Made by a program: the position numbers and the translations under genes
Shown: piece by piece, positions 10,769 to 24,119 of the stretch
Layout of the letters: every line of letters begins with the position of its first letter
Numbering within the stretch: the first letter of the stretch is position 1
Origin: an uncultured delta proteobacterium
GTDB taxonomy: Bacteria > Myxococcota_A > Polyangia > Polyangiales > JAFGIB01
Direction: 5' to 3'
Assembly (NCBI GenBank): GCA_963778655.1
Contig: CAVZVA010000009.1
Coordinates: 32,001 to 96,000 of the forward strand
Length of the DNA stretch: 64,000 nucleotides
The notes under the pieces: generated by a model
The model's database searches: none
The model's input: only the letters and a program-made list of their open reading frames with translations
What the model was told of the DNA's origin: nothing

Positions 10769-12106
10769 TCAGTGCAGGTCCGTCGTCTCCCCGAGCTCGC
10801 TGAGGCCCAGCTCCCAGTGGCTCGGGAGCACCGGGGGTAGCGGCTCGACGAGGTCGACGAAGTGGGTGTGCGCCGGCTTCAGGTACTCGACGATGGCGCG
10901 GAGCTGGCGGCGCTCGCGCTCGGTGAGGATACGCGCGACCTCGACGTTGAAGGCGTAGCGGGCGAAGCGGTCCGAGGGGCCGAGCACCCAGTCGATGCCC
11001 AGCTCCGACTCGCCGAGGTAGAGGGTGTCGGCGTTGAACGGCGAGATGGCCGAGATGTCGATGCCGAGGAAGAAGCGGATCGCGTTCCGGATGCCCTTGG
11101 CTGTCCCCTTCTGCCGGTACATCTCGACCAGCACCGACGCGAGCCGCCGCTTCCCCATCGCGTCGAGCTCGAACGGGAATGGGTTGCCGAGGTCGCGCAG
11201 GATGAGGTCGACGAAGGCCTCCGGCGCGCGCTCGAGGTCGAAGATGTCGGGCCAGCGATCGACGTCCGCGAGGAGGAGATCCGTGACCTCCTGAAGGCAG
11301 GCGATGAACCGGAAGAGGTCGCCGGTACGGTCGTCTCGCCGGTTGTGCTTCGGCAGCATGCGCCACAGGTCGAAGCGGCGGGTCGCAGGGCGCGCGGGCC
11401 GGAAGCCAGTGAAACTCGCTCGGTCGTAGGGGCCGAGGACGGCGTTGCCGAAGAGGTCCGTCACACCGATGGCCACGACCTCGTGGAGTACGTCGGGCGT
11501 CATCTCGGTGTCGAGCGTGAGGAGAGCAACGCTGCCATCGATACTCACACCGACGACCGCGACTGAGACTGCCGGCGCGCCCTTGGGCGTGAGCATGAAC
11601 GTCGCCCCGCTCGGGACCAACACCGACTCGTCGAACGCGACCCGCACGCTCTTCGGTGCGAGTGCCTGCGCGCCAACGACGCGTGGCGCGGTCCGGTCCT
11701 CGACGACGAACGAGTACACCTCGTCGAGCGAGGCCGCACCGCCGACCGTCTGCGCGAGCACGCGCACGTGGACCGTGGCCAGGCTCGCAAGCGGAACCAC
11801 CGGGTGCAGCACCACGCGAAGCGTGTCCGCCGTCTGTGTGACGCCGGCAAGCGGGCCTGCGAAGGCCGGGGCGAGCTCGGGCAAGGCGCTGCCGTCGAAC
11901 GCGAGGACGCCGTCGACCCACACGTGCGCGGAGGCGCGGTCGACGCCGTCCGGCCCGGTGTCGACCAGCTCGAGGGCGAGCGTCGCATCGATGGGCACGC
12001 CCGTCTCACCGGGGCTCGGATCGCGGTTCACGAGCACGAGCCTCGGCGTCGTCACCACGAGCGCGACCGAGTCGACGTAGAGCGCAGGCAGCTCGAGGGT
12101 GCTCAT
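10769..12106 (-). CDS. Baseplate/tail protein (Ig-like domains plus P2 gpI-like domain)
   Basis: [23 protein letters not shown] motifs. Confidence 0.82.
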   Translation of the reverse strand: MSTLELPALYVDSVALVVTTPRLVLVNRDPSPGETGVPIDATLALELVDTGPDGVDRASAHVWVDGVLAFDGSALPELAPAFAGPLAGVTQTADTLRVVLHPVVPLASLATVHVRVLAQTVGGAASLDEVYSFVVEDRTAPRVVGAQALAPKSVRVAFDESVLVPSGATFMLTPKGAPAVSVAVVGVSIDGSVALLTLDTEMTPDVLHEVVAIGVTDLFGNAVLGPYDRASFTGFRPARPATRRFDLWRMLPKHNRRDDRTGDLFRFIACLQEVTDLLLADVDRWPDIFDLERAPEAFVDLILRDLGNPFPFELDAMGKRRLASVLVEMYRQKGTAKGIRNAIRFFLGIDISAISPFNADTLYLGESELGIDWVLGPSDRFARYAFNVEVARILTERERRQLRAIVEYLKPAHTHFVDLVEPLPPVLPSHWELGLSELGETTDLH

Positions 12107-12116
12107 GCCGGGCTCC

Positions 12117-12507
12117 TCACGCGGTCACCAGCTCGAGCCGCACGCCGACGGTGTGCAATCCCGAGAGCTTCGAGACGTTGGCGGCGAGGTCGGTGACGAG
12201 GCGCTCGCGGCCGGGCTTGGCGCGCATGGCCGCGAGCTTGGCGCCATCGACGAGGATGCTGGCCTCCCACGCGAGCCCCGGAGGGGTCGACGCGGGCACC
12301 CGCAGCCGCAGGAGCGCGCGCAGCAGCATCACGCCGGTGAGGTCCGTCTGCTGCGTGACCTCGGCGTGGTCGCCGGGCGCGAGCTCGAACAGGCGCCCGG
12401 GCTCGGCGTCGCCGAGGACGAACGCGTACTCGCCCCCCGTCGCCTTCGAAGTGCGCGAGGCGCCCCTGTCCGCGCCCGAGACGGCTGGTGAACGCGGTCA
12501 GCGCCAT
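12117..12507 (-). CDS. Tail-region structural protein; +1 frameshift near 12456
   Basis: MALTAFTSR frame joins [14 protein letters not shown]...LELVTA frame after one-base removal. Confidence 0.6.
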
Positions 12508-12510
12508 CGC

Positions 12511-13208
12511 TCACACCTGCCGGAACAGCTCGAGGTGGTCGAAGAACGCGCGCCGCGTGACGTCCTTCACGGAGAAGCCGAAGCCGCCGCGCCCCGAGGT
12601 GAGCGGCTGCGAGCCGGAGTTGATGCCGAGGTGGTCGTCGATGAACTCGACCATGCCGGACACGGGCTGCCAGTCGGGCGGCGTGCCCGAGTGCGTGCAG
12701 CGCGAGGTCGTTCTGGAAGACCTTGAGCACGACGTCGCCGTTCGTGTTCACGATGACGTCGAGCCGCAGGTGGAGCCACGTCGCCTGCGCGAAGCGACGC
12801 CGCGGACTTGAGGAGCACGCCGGGCCCGTCCGCCGTGGGAAGGCCCACCGTCACCGCGCCCTTGCGGAGCACGATGCGGTGCGGGTCGTCGTCGGAGAGC
12901 CCGAGCAGGTAGGCGCTGTCGTTGACCGAGTTGCCCTGGCAGCAGAGGAACAGGAACGGCGAGAAGCCCGTGGGCCCGCCGCCCGCACCGCGCTGCACGA
13001 CGCCTCGAATCGAGCCGCCCTTGGCCATCGGGGCGAAGCTCGCGAGGTTGGCGAAGAGGCCCACCGCGCCCTCGACGGCTGCGAGCGAGTTGAAGGCGAA
13101 GAGGAAGCTGCCGCCGCCCGGTGGGCGTGCGATGCCCGCGGTCACGCCCCGGTCGACCGTCGCGATGTCGAGCCCGTCGTTCAGGTAAGTCCAGTCTGCT
13201 TCAGCCAT
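12511..13208 (-). CDS. Tail-region beta-sandwich-like protein; two +1 frameshifts (~12795, ~12687)
   Basis: Reconstructed end ..[26 protein letters not shown]. Confidence 0.6.
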
Positions 13209-13218
13209 CGTTGTCTCC

Positions 13219-13766
13219 TCAGAGCGTCGTCATGCTCGTCCAGCCGTTGTTGAAGTCCTCGACGGCCTGCGCGCCCGCGTCGAACAGCGCGGCGCTCGAG
13301 GTCACGGCCGCCCACGTCCAGGCGTAGAGCTGGTTGCTGCGCCACTGGTCCTCGAAGTCCTCGCGCGGCTCGCTGTCGAAGACGCCCGTCGCGGCGACCA
13401 CGTCGGCCCACTCACGCGCGTAGGGCACGTTGCTCCATCCCGTCTCGCACTCCTCGGCGGCGAGTCCGTCGAAGGTGGCAGTGACGAGCTGCGCGGGCGG
13501 GAGGTCGTAGAGGTAGACGACGTTGGCCCAGCCGCTCTCGAACTCCTCGTAGCCCTTGAGGGCGCTGTCGAAGAACGCGAGCACCACGACGACGTCGTCG
13601 ATGGAGCCGAGCAGGTCGAACCAGCGCTCGAAGTCCTCCCACGCCTCTTCGGGCGCGGCGCCGAAGCCGGCGATTTCCTCGAGGCTCGTCACCGCCGAGA
13701 GCGTCCAGTGCTCGGCTTCGCCGGGGAGTGCGCCCGCGTCCTCGAAGCTGGGGTTGAGGATCGTCA

Positions 13767-13767
<1 letters not shown>
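13219..13767 (-). CDS. Acidic structural protein with five E[DE][FC][EN]-x(1,2)-W repeats
   Basis: EDFERW, EEFESGW, EECETGW, EDFEDQW, EDFNNGW; coupled to baseplate J stop. Confidence 0.75.
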
Positions 13768-15287
<1,520 letters not shown>

Positions 15288-15306
15288 GGCGGGATGCCTC
15301 CGAGGA

Positions 15307-15338
15307 GGCAAAGCCGCCGAGAAGCAGCCCTCGGGGAC
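15307..15338 (-). promoter_or_regulatory. Class-B motif (N17)
   Basis: GTCCCC-N17-GGCTTTGCC. Confidence 0.8.
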
Positions 15339-15342
15339 GGGC

Positions 15343-15723
15343 TCACCGCTCGATCGACACGTCCACGGCCGCGTTGGTCTCGCGCTCGCGGACGCGCACC
15401 CGCAGCGTGAGGGACGGACCGTTCTGCTCGACGGCCAGGCTCACGAGGGTAGCGCCGGGGACCCAGCGCTTGAGGGCATCGCGCACGTAGACGCGGGCCA
15501 GCTCCTTCAGGGCGGCGTCGTTGCGCTGGTGGCGCAGGAGAGCGAGCCCCGCGCCGAAGTTGGTGCGCCAGGGCAGCTCCCCCGAGGAGCGCGTCGTGGC
15601 GCCCTCCGTGAGCAAGGCTTGGCGGACCTTCGAGGCGAGTAGCGCCTCGCCGCTGCCGACGGCGAAGTCGCGCTTCTTGTCGCGCCGAAACGGGATGAGG
15701 AGATTCTGGGCTTCACGGCTCAT
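15343..15723 (-). CDS. GPW/gp25-family sheath initiator
   Basis: GELPWR.NFG.GL, AL.RW.P motifs. Confidence 0.85.
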   Translation of the reverse strand: MSREAQNLLIPFRRDKKRDFAVGSGEALLASKVRQALLTEGATTRSSGELPWRTNFGAGLALLRHQRNDAALKELARVYVRDALKRWVPGATLVSLAVEQNGPSLTLRVRVRERETNAAVDVSIER

Positions 15724-15733
15724 GGCGTCGTCC

Positions 15734-16408
15734 TCACGGCACCGGGATGGCGCCGCGCACGTCCTGGAGCGCCTTCACGATGGCGTCGATTGGCGGCACC
15801 ACCTCGTCGAGCGGACGTCCTGCGAGGTTCGAGAGGTCCGGCACCTCGGGCGCGCCGACCATGCCGAGGAAGATGTTGAGGATGCCGATGAGCTTCCCGA
15901 GGCTCGCGAGCGCCTTGCCGACGTTCGCAGCCTCCGTCGCGACGTTCGCCTGTGCGCAGCTCGTGATGGCCATCAGCCCGGCGTCCTCGAGCTCGGTCGC
16001 GCGGTCGATGGCGCCGAGGATCTGCTGCATCTGCTGCTGCAGGTGCAGGAGCTGATCGCGCGCCTGCCTCAGCGTGTCGATGACCAGGTCGATGATGCCG
16101 ATGATGGTGTACGGCAGCGAGAGCTGCGGGATGAGCTTCAAGAGCTTCGAGACCTTCTCGGCCAGCTCGGGAATGCACGCTGCGAGTGCGGTCGGATCCG
16201 GTGGCGGTCCGAGCGAGTCCGGGATGGCCTTCACGCAGTTGAAGACCGCCACCACGGTGTCGATGATGTCGAACACGGGCATCAGCGGCGTGAGCGCGGG
16301 TTGGATGGCCTCCATCAGGTTGAACTGCTGGATGCTCACGCCGCCGGGCAGCGTGATGACCGGCGGATTGCCGAGCTCGGGGATTTCGAGGCAGATCGGG
16401 AGGGCCAC
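15734..16408 (-). CDS. Helical baseplate-region hypothetical protein
   Basis: AAGGAG RBS, in operon. Confidence 0.75.
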   Translation of the reverse strand: MALPICLEIPELGNPPVITLPGGVSIQQFNLMEAIQPALTPLMPVFDIIDTVVAVFNCVKAIPDSLGPPPDPTALAACIPELAEKVSKLLKLIPQLSLPYTIIGIIDLVIDTLRQARDQLLHLQQQMQQILGAIDRATELEDAGLMAITSCAQANVATEAANVGKALASLGKLIGILNIFLGMVGAPEVPDLSNLAGRPLDEVVPPIDAIVKALQDVRGAIPVP

Positions 16409-16419
16409 GTGCGTCTCCT

Positions 16420-16998
16420 TCAGATGGGGGCGGCGATGGGCCGGACGACGCGGCCGCCGATGGTGATTTGCGTGCCCTCGATGCTGATGGCGCCGACCGC
16501 GCGCAGCGTGAGCGCCGTCGTCGCCTGTAGGGTCACGGTGTTCTCCTCGGCGTCGAAGACGAGGTGGTCGCCGGTCTTCTTGTTGGTGAGCTTTAGCTTC
16601 CGGCTGTCCTTCGACTCATCGAGCTCGATGCGGAAGGTCTGCGTGGAGAAGACGCGGTTGTCGGGCGGGGTCTTCTGAGCTTCCTCCGGTACCTCGCTCT
16701 CGCCGTTCGGCTTCCCCCAGTGCGCGGCGAGGTAGTACGGCGCGTCGACGTTGCCCTGGTTGAAGAAGACCGCGACCTCGGCGCCCTCCTCGGGCACCGC
16801 GAAGAAGCCACGGTCTTTCGAGCCGCCACCGCTCGTGCCGAGCGGCCACGCCCAAGCGCTCTCAGGCTCGAGCACACCGGGGATGCAGACACGCACGCGA
16901 CCGAGCTGCTCCTCGTCGTCGCGCTTGGTCACGTAGCCCACGTACATGCCGAGGAGCCGCGAGTCGTGCGTGTGGATGTCGTCGTCGAAGGTGCTCAT
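16420..16998 (-). CDS. Baseplate spike protein (gpV/gp5 OB-fold)
   Basis: [24 protein letters not shown]. Confidence 0.9.
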   Translation of the reverse strand: MSTFDDDIHTHDSRLLGMYVGYVTKRDDEEQLGRVRVCIPGVLEPESAWAWPLGTSGGGSKDRGFFAVPEEGAEVAVFFNQGNVDAPYYLAAHWGKPNGESEVPEEAQKTPPDNRVFSTQTFRIELDESKDSRKLKLTNKKTGDHLVFDAEENTVTLQATTALTLRAVGAISIEGTQITIGGRVVRPIAAPI

Positions 16999-17009
16999 CG
17001 CGTGGCTCC

Positions 17010-18289
17010 TCAGTACATGCGGCTGACGCCGGCCTCCGGGTCCTCGACGCCGACGACGTTACCGTCGTGCCGGTACTCGACGACGGTGCGGCCCGTCTCC
17101 GGGTCGACCCGCTCGAGCTCGGTCACCGTGCTCGTGCCCGTCGCCGGTGTGGTGCGGTTCGGCTCGCCGCCCTGCGGCTGCCCTCGTGCGTTCGGGCCCG
17201 CGCCACGGCGAGCGCCGGTGCCGTCGCGCGTGACCTTCAAGTCGACGAGGTAGCCCGAGGACGAGATGACGTGCTTCGCCTCGGTCACGTAGTACTTGCC
17301 CGAGAGAAGGCTCGAGATGCCGCGCACCTCGACGACCTGCTTCGCGCGCAACGTAGGGTCACCCACCACCTGCAGGGCGAGCTTCACCGTCTCACGTTCC
17401 GCGCGCCGGTAGCGGGCCGCCGACTCCCGTTCGGCGGCGGCGGGAGTGGGAGCGGACGTCGGATGCACGCTGGTCGTCGCGTTGCGCTCCTGGAGCGAGG
17501 TCTCGCCAGTCTCGCGATCGACCACCTCGAGGACGTCGCTCAGCGTCGCGCGCTCGACCGTCGCGCTCGTCGCGGCCGACTCCACCGTCGTCTTGGCGAG
17601 CGGATCGCGCCCACGCACCTCGACACGCCCGGCGCGTCTCTGGAGATCGCTCTCGACGTTGACGGAGATGATGTCGCCGCGGCCCGGGTCCGAGAACCAT
17701 GTCAGCACGTGCTTCGGCGCGCCGGCTTGATCGCGCGAGCGCCAGTGAAATCCGGTGTCATCGACGAAGTACTCGTACTCCTCACGCGCGGCGAGGCGTC
17801 GGAGGAAGCGGGCGTCGGTCTCCGCGCTCTGGCTGATGGTGTCGAGCACCTCGCCGGTGTCCTCGACGTCGAGGAACTCGCCCTCGTAGCCGTGCTCAGC
17901 GGCGATCTCCCGCACGACGTCGGCGCGCGACTTGTTCGCCCACGAGCGCGTCTTGGCCTCGCGGTTCATCAAGACGCTCGTGGCCTGGCCCTCGATGGTC
18001 AGTGTCTGGAAGCCCTTGAGCTTCTTCACGACGACGCGGCGCGGCGGGGCCATGTTGCCCGGGTAGCCCCACGACACTTCGAGCGTCGCGCCGCCCACCA
18101 GCTCCGCACGCTCGAACAGCGCAAGATCGAAGTTGTCGAGCTGGAGCGAGACCTGGTCGGCCTTCTTCTCGGCGTCCTCGTACGTGAAGGCGATGATGCG
18201 CCCCGCGAGGTCGAGGGGCTCACCGCTCGGCGCACGCTCGTTGTCGAGCAGCGTGATGCGCACGCCGGGCCCGCTGCGGTCGACGAGGG

Positions 18290-18293
<4 letters not shown>
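17010..18293 (-). CDS. Baseplate hub (gpD/late control D family)
   Basis: WGY.G, Q.AETD.RFL.RLA, GDP.L, SGKYYV..A.H. Confidence 0.88.
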
Positions 18294-18631
<338 letters not shown>

Positions 18632-18636
18632 GCCGA

Positions 18637-18668
18637 GGCAAAGCCTCGCGGCCCGTCCCCTCGGGGAC
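18637..18668 (-). promoter_or_regulatory. Class-B motif (N17), ATG 5 nt downstream
   Basis: GTCCCC-N17-GGCTTTGCC-TCGGC-ATG. Confidence 0.8.
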
Positions 18669-19180
18669 TACAGCTCAGCCTCGCGCAGCTCCTCGCTGGT
18701 CACGCGGGTGTCGAGGATCTCCTCGAACGTGACGTTCGCGGCGTAGACGAGCACGGTGCCATCGACCGCGAGCTGCTTGTAGGTGAACTCGACGCTCGCG
18801 ACGACGCACTCGACAGTGACGACCTCGGGCCAGATGAAGAGCACGCGCGGAGGCGCGGTGGCGGCGACGTCCTCCGTACCTTCGGGCGGCACGGTGAGCG
18901 CCCGCAGGAACGCCCTGAACTCGAGGATGTTCACGTCCCCCGGCTGCTCGGCAGCGAAGTAGCGGTCCAGGTAGAACTCGACGCCCGAGAGCTGCCGGTT
19001 CGCGGTGCTCTGGAACTGCAGCACCTGATGCGAGAGCCCCGGCACAGCGAGGCGGTTCCAATTCACCTGCAGCTTCTCCGAGAGCTGGGTCGGGTTGAAT
19101 AGGCAGTCCATCGATTCGCCGCTGCTCACGTTCACGAGCACGCAGCGCGGTGGTCGGGCGATGGCTCCGTCGAAGGACAT
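18668..19180 (-). CDS. Tube initiator (CIS tube-like protein)
   Basis: FNP..L, PP.VLF.W, A.VTFEE motifs. Confidence 0.82.
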   Translation of the reverse strand: MSFDGAIARPPRCVLVNVSSGESMDCLFNPTQLSEKLQVNWNRLAVPGLSHQVLQFQSTANRQLSGVEFYLDRYFAAEQPGDVNILEFRAFLRALTVPPEGTEDVAATAPPRVLFIWPEVVTVECVVASVEFTYKQLAVDGTVLVYAANVTFEEILDTRVTSEELREAEL

Positions 19181-19193
19181 CTCCGGCCTCCTG

Positions 19194-21876
19194 TCAGTAC
19201 GCCGGGACCGGCGAGAACGAGCGGGTGGCCGTGTCGCGGTCCGCTCGATGGACCGCGGTGGCGAGCGTGGTGCCGTCCACCTGGAGGTTGACCGTGATGG
19301 GCGGCGAGGCCGGGGGCGTTGCCGGCGTCATCGGAAACGACGCGGGGACGGCGGGCGTCATCGCCGCCACGGCGGGCATCGTGGAGGTGGCCGCGTCGAG
19401 GGCCGTCAGCGTCGAACCGGCGGGCGCCACGGTCACGCCGGCCGTGACCTCGTCGACGCCCTCGAGCAGCCCGCGCTCGATGTCCTGGCGCAGGCTGCGG
19501 ATCGCGTCGGCCCCGCCGAGGTCTGCTCCGAAGACGCCCGCGATGGTGTCGATGACACCCGCGATGGTCTCGACGAAGCCGAGCAGGAGCTGCGCGAGGA
19601 AGTTGATGGCGTTGAGCACGACCTTCTTGAAGCCCACCCAGACCTGCGCCCAGTTGCCGGTGACGAGCCCACCGAGGATGTCGACCACGCCGCCGATGAA
19701 CCCCACCACGGAGCGGAACGCCGCGATGACGACGGCGAGGCGGTTCACGACGAACGACACCATCACGCCGATGGCGCCGGCGATGCCCGCCGCGACGTAG
19801 CCTATGACCTGCCCGAGGAACTCGGCCACCGACCTCAGCGCTTCGAGCGAGCCTCCTGCCTGACCGCTGGCGCTCGACGTGAAGCCGAACATCGCGCCGA
19901 GCTTGCCGAGCTCCTGGAAGACCAAGGAGACCGCGTTCTTGACGGCGTCGAACACGGGCTGCAGCGGCGCCATCGCCGAGCGGAAGGTGTTGATGGCGCT
20001 CGTGACGACGTCGATGACGAACGTGAGCGCGCCGACGAAGACCTCGACGAGCACGCCTGCGATTTGTCCGAGGATGCGGCCGAACGCGGCGAAGTCGTTG
20101 GACGGGATGCCCGCCGCCGCGTTCGCCGACTCACCCGCGACGAGGCCCAGCGCCTGGCCGAGCCTGGTGAGCGCGCCGACGAAGGCCTCGAAGACCGGTG
20201 CCGCCGCCTCGATGGCAGCGCTGAAGCCCTCGCCGATGCCCTGGAAGAAGCGCTGGATGCGGAAGGCGATTCTGGTAGACGCGGATCAGGAAGGTCTTGA
20301 GCCCCGCGTTCTCCGCGCGGTTCAGCTCCTCGCGCACCGCGCCGGAGAAGCCGCCCTGCTCGAAGAGCTGCACGAGCCCTCGGAAGGCGAGCTTGATGCG
20401 GTCCCACACGCGCGCGAAGAAGTCGGCGATGCCGCCGACGTTGCTTCGGAACGCGACGACGAAGCCCGCCACCACCGCCGCGAGCACGCCGAAGATGAGG
20501 ATGGCCGGAAGGATGGTGGCCATCAGCCCGCCGAGCGTGATGCCCGCCGCCTTGAGCCCGATGAGGAGGAGGGCGAAGCCCGCCTTGGCAGCGATGACCG
20601 CGCCGACCAGCGCGACGACGGCGCCCGCCCCGACCACGAAGGCCGCGAAGGCCCGCTTCACAGGTGCCGGGAGCTGCCGGAACACGTTGAGCACCGCGTT
20701 CACGACCTCGACGACGATCGTCACGAGCGGCTTGAAGACCTGCGCGAACGGCTCGCCCGCGACGATGGCGAGGGTCTCGAGCGAGCCCGCGAGGAGCTGC
20801 TTCTGCCCCTCGAAGGTGTTGAGCATCTGCTCGCGGAAGCGCGCGGCCGTGCCCCCTGCGTTCTCGAACTGATCGCGCAGGTACGCGATCGCCGCTGCGC
20901 CGCGCAGCGTCTCCCCGGAGTTGGTGCGCACGCCGTTCGTGACCTGCGTGAGGATGGCGTTCACGCCGCCGAGCGCCTCGCGCCCGAACGTCGAGAGCAG
21001 GAACGCCGACCGCTGCGCCTCGCTCATCCGGTCGAGCTGAGGAGCGAGGTCGCCGAGAATGTCGAGGAAGCTGCGGAAGCGGTTCTGCGAGTCCGTCACC
21101 GACACGCCGACGCCGCGCAGCGCCTGCTGGACGCGCGGATTGGCCATGCGCTCCATCGCGACGGCGACGGCAGTGGAGGCGCGCTCGACGCCGGGGACGA
21201 TGTTCTTCACGAGGCCGAGCGAGATGAGCGTCTCGGACAGCGACTGGTGGAGAGCCTGGGCGCCGCGCGAGGCCGTGCCGAGGGCCAGCGGCAGCTCGCT
21301 CGCATCGAGCGCGAACACGTTGACCGCCTGCAGCATGCGGTCGACGGAGATGGATGCCTCGTCGATGGAGAGGCCAAACGCCTTCATGGCCTGCGAGGCG
21401 AGGCCCGCTGCCTGCGAGGGCGTGAGCTGACCGAGCGAGCCCGCCGCGAGGTCGAGCACCGGGTTCAGGAGGCGGACCGACTCGGTGACGTTGAAGCCGG
21501 CGGCGGCGAGGTCCTGCAGCGCCTGCGTCGCCTGCGTCGGGGAGAACTGCGTGGCGAGGCCCGCCTCGATGGCGGCGTCGTGGAGCCGAGTAAGCTCCTC
21601 GGCGGTCGCGCCCGCGATCGCACCTGCGGAGGCGACAGCCTGCTCGAACCGGCCGGCCGCGTTCGCCAGCGAGAACGCGGCCCCGACCGTGGCAGCGCCT
21701 GCGGTGAAGACGGCGAGGCCCACGCCGAGCTGCTGGAACGCGCTCTGGATGTTCTCGGTGCCGAGCCCGACGCGACGGTCGAGGCTCATGAAGTTGCGCT
21801 CGAGGTTGCCGATGGCGCCCGACGCGAGGTCACGCGCGGTGAAGACGAAGCCGAGGCCGAGGTTGTTGAGGGCCAC
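19194..21876 (-). CDS. Tail tape measure protein; +1 frameshift near 20271
   Basis: TQFSP.QA..AL..LA.AG, LDLAA, TFGRE core; joins 19194 frame after one-base removal. Confidence 0.88.
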
Positions 21877-21879
21877 GGG

Positions 21880-22077
21880 TCACTTCCTCCCTCGACCGTT
21901 GCGCGCGGCCTTCTCCAGCTCCTTCGCCTCCCGCGCGCGCTGGCTCCCGATCCGCTCGATCAGCCAGTCGCGATCCGTCGTCGGCAGCTCGAGGGCGTCG
22001 TCGAGCGTCACTGCGAGGCCGGAGCCTCCGTGCTGCTGCCAGCAGAGCTGGAAGATGCCCTCGCGCCAGCTCTCCAT
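21880..22077 (-). CDS. Small tail assembly protein preceding tape measure
   Basis: MESWREGIFQLCW...LP..DRDW.IE; position. Confidence 0.6.
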   Translation of the reverse strand: MESWREGIFQLCWQQHGGSGLAVTLDDALELPTTDRDWLIERIGSQRAREAKELEKAARNGRGRK

Positions 22078-22079
22078 GG

Positions 22080-22856
22080 TCACGTCGGGGAAGAGGTGCT
22101 CCGGGCTTTCCGCCTCGCAGTCCTGTCCCGGCCCGGCAGGAAGAACCCCTTGTCGAAAGGGAGGTCGACGTCCTGCGTGCCGAAGCACTCGGGGCACTCG
22201 ATCTCGATGGTCGTGTCCACGCCGCAGTCGACCCGGTCGAACTCGTCGACGAGGAAGTCGGCGTCGCGCAGCGTGAGGTCCTCGAGAAACTGGCGCTTGG
22301 CCTTGGCGTCGACGCCGTCGATGTCGAGCACGCGGTACGCGAGCACTGCCGAGAGGAGCTTGTCGGGCGCGGAGCGCTGGAGCGCCGGGAGCTTCCGCTC
22401 GTCCTCGCCCGTGAGGAGCCGGAAGCGGACGCGCTTGCCGGCGTCGGGCAGCGTCGTCTCGAAGCGGTTCCCGCCGACGAACGCGGCGCGGCTCTCCTCG
22501 GAGAGCGGGCGCACCGGGAGCTTGGTCAGCTCGACCTCCCAGTCGATGCGCGCGCGGCAGGCGTCGTTCCGGCAGCTGACACCGAAGGCGTACTCCGGCC
22601 CGTAGGTCAGCGCGCGGACCATGAGCAGGGCGAAGAACCGGTCGCCCTGGAGCACCTTGCCCCAGTCGACCTTGCCGCCCTCGCCGAAGACGTAGGGCCC
22701 CGGGTCGAGGGTCTCCTCCCAGCACGAGCCGAGCAGCTCGTCGATTTGCCCTCCGTTCTTGGCGAGCTTGCGGTCAGCGAGGACGCGCTCCTCGCGAACC
22801 TTCATGCCGCGAACGCGGCCCGAGAGCCCCGAAGGGCACGTGATGACGTCTGCCAT
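22080..22856 (-). CDS. Tail/baseplate assembly chaperone (T4 gp26-like, Zn-binding)
   Basis: GDR..LL..R..TYG..Y, CRNDAC, FRLLTG.DE, CPEC; GGAGG RBS before MADVIT. Confidence 0.75.
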   Translation of the reverse strand: MADVITCPSGLSGRVRGMKVREERVLADRKLAKNGGQIDELLGSCWEETLDPGPYVFGEGGKVDWGKVLQGDRFFALLMVRALTYGPEYAFGVSCRNDACRARIDWEVELTKLPVRPLSEESRAAFVGGNRFETTLPDAGKRVRFRLLTGEDERKLPALQRSAPDKLLSAVLAYRVLDIDGVDAKAKRQFLEDLTLRDADFLVDEFDRVDCGVDTTIEIECPECFGTQDVDLPFDKGFFLPGRDRTARRKARSTSSPT

Positions 22857-22872
22857 GCGCTGCCTCCACCGG

Positions 22873-22903
22873 GGCAAAGCCGAAGAACGGGCGCACCGGG
22901 GAC
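22873..22903 (-). promoter_or_regulatory. Class-B motif (N16)
   Basis: GTCCCC-N16-GGCTTTGCC. Confidence 0.8.
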
Positions 22904-22931
22904 ACGAGCGGGTAACATCGTCGGAAGCAGC

Positions 22932-23642
22932 ATGCCGACCACCGCCAGGAAACACTTCGACGAGGACATCAAGCGCGCGGAGGATCTTCTCGCGGGCGCG
23001 AAGGCCGTCCCTGCAGCGAGCGCCGCGCTCGCCGAGGACCAGTTTCGAGGTGCCGTGGTCATGGCTGTGGGCGCGATGGACGCGTATCTGTGCGACGCCT
23101 ACGTCGACTGCCTCTCTAAGGCTCTGAAGGCGTGCAAGACCACCCCGGGGACCAAGCTACCGAGCGACTACGCGAAGGAGCTGCTTCCTGCGGGGCCGCT
23201 GATGAACGGGGTGTACACCAAGCGCGCCAACTGGGCCCTGCGCGTTGCCGCACGACGCCGCATGGACAGGGAGAACATGCTTCAGGTGGGCCGCGTGAAG
23301 GACATGCTCAACCCCGTTCTTCCGAACGGTCAGAAGCTCTGGATGGATGTGATCGACAAGTACATCGCGCTGAACCGGAAGAGGCTCACGAGCATCAACC
23401 AGACCGAACTGGCGGCCGTGCCCGCGAACAAGAAGACAGACGCACAGAAGAAGGCCGTCGCTGCGCTCTTGAGGCGCGTCGGGTCGATCGTCCAAAGGCG
23501 CCACGACATCGCGCACAACTGCGATAGGCCTAAGGTCGCCCTTCAGATCATCGATGAGCCGCGCACGAAGAAGATGCTGGCGGACATCAAGAGCTTCGTC
23601 TCGATCCTGGACGACCACCTGGCAGCCCACTGCACGGTCTGA
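22932..23642 (+). CDS. HEPN-domain protein (inverted moron)
   Basis: R.AVV.AV.A.DAY N-terminal helix and RHDIAH (Rx4H) motif. Confidence 0.8.
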   Translation: MPTTARKHFDEDIKRAEDLLAGAKAVPAASAALAEDQFRGAVVMAVGAMDAYLCDAYVDCLSKALKACKTTPGTKLPSDYAKELLPAGPLMNGVYTKRANWALRVAARRRMDRENMLQVGRVKDMLNPVLPNGQKLWMDVIDKYIALNRKRLTSINQTELAAVPANKKTDAQKKAVAALLRRVGSIVQRRHDIAHNCDRPKVALQIIDEPRTKKMLADIKSFVSILDDHLAAHCTV

Positions 23643-23646
23643 ACGC

Positions 23647-24108
<462 letters not shown>

Positions 24109-24119
24109 GGGTTAGCTCC

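Noticed and set aside
22077..22170. Programmed frameshift joining the tail chaperone to the downstream small ORF
   Set aside because: No canonical XXXYYYZ slippery heptamer seen; a separate start at 22077 explains it
19879..22605. Long antisense/alternate-frame ORFs (e.g. 19879-22605, 33570-36167, 49429-51630, 8607-11921 extensions)
   Set aside because: Shadow frames of real genes in high-GC DNA; Arg/Ala-rich without motifs
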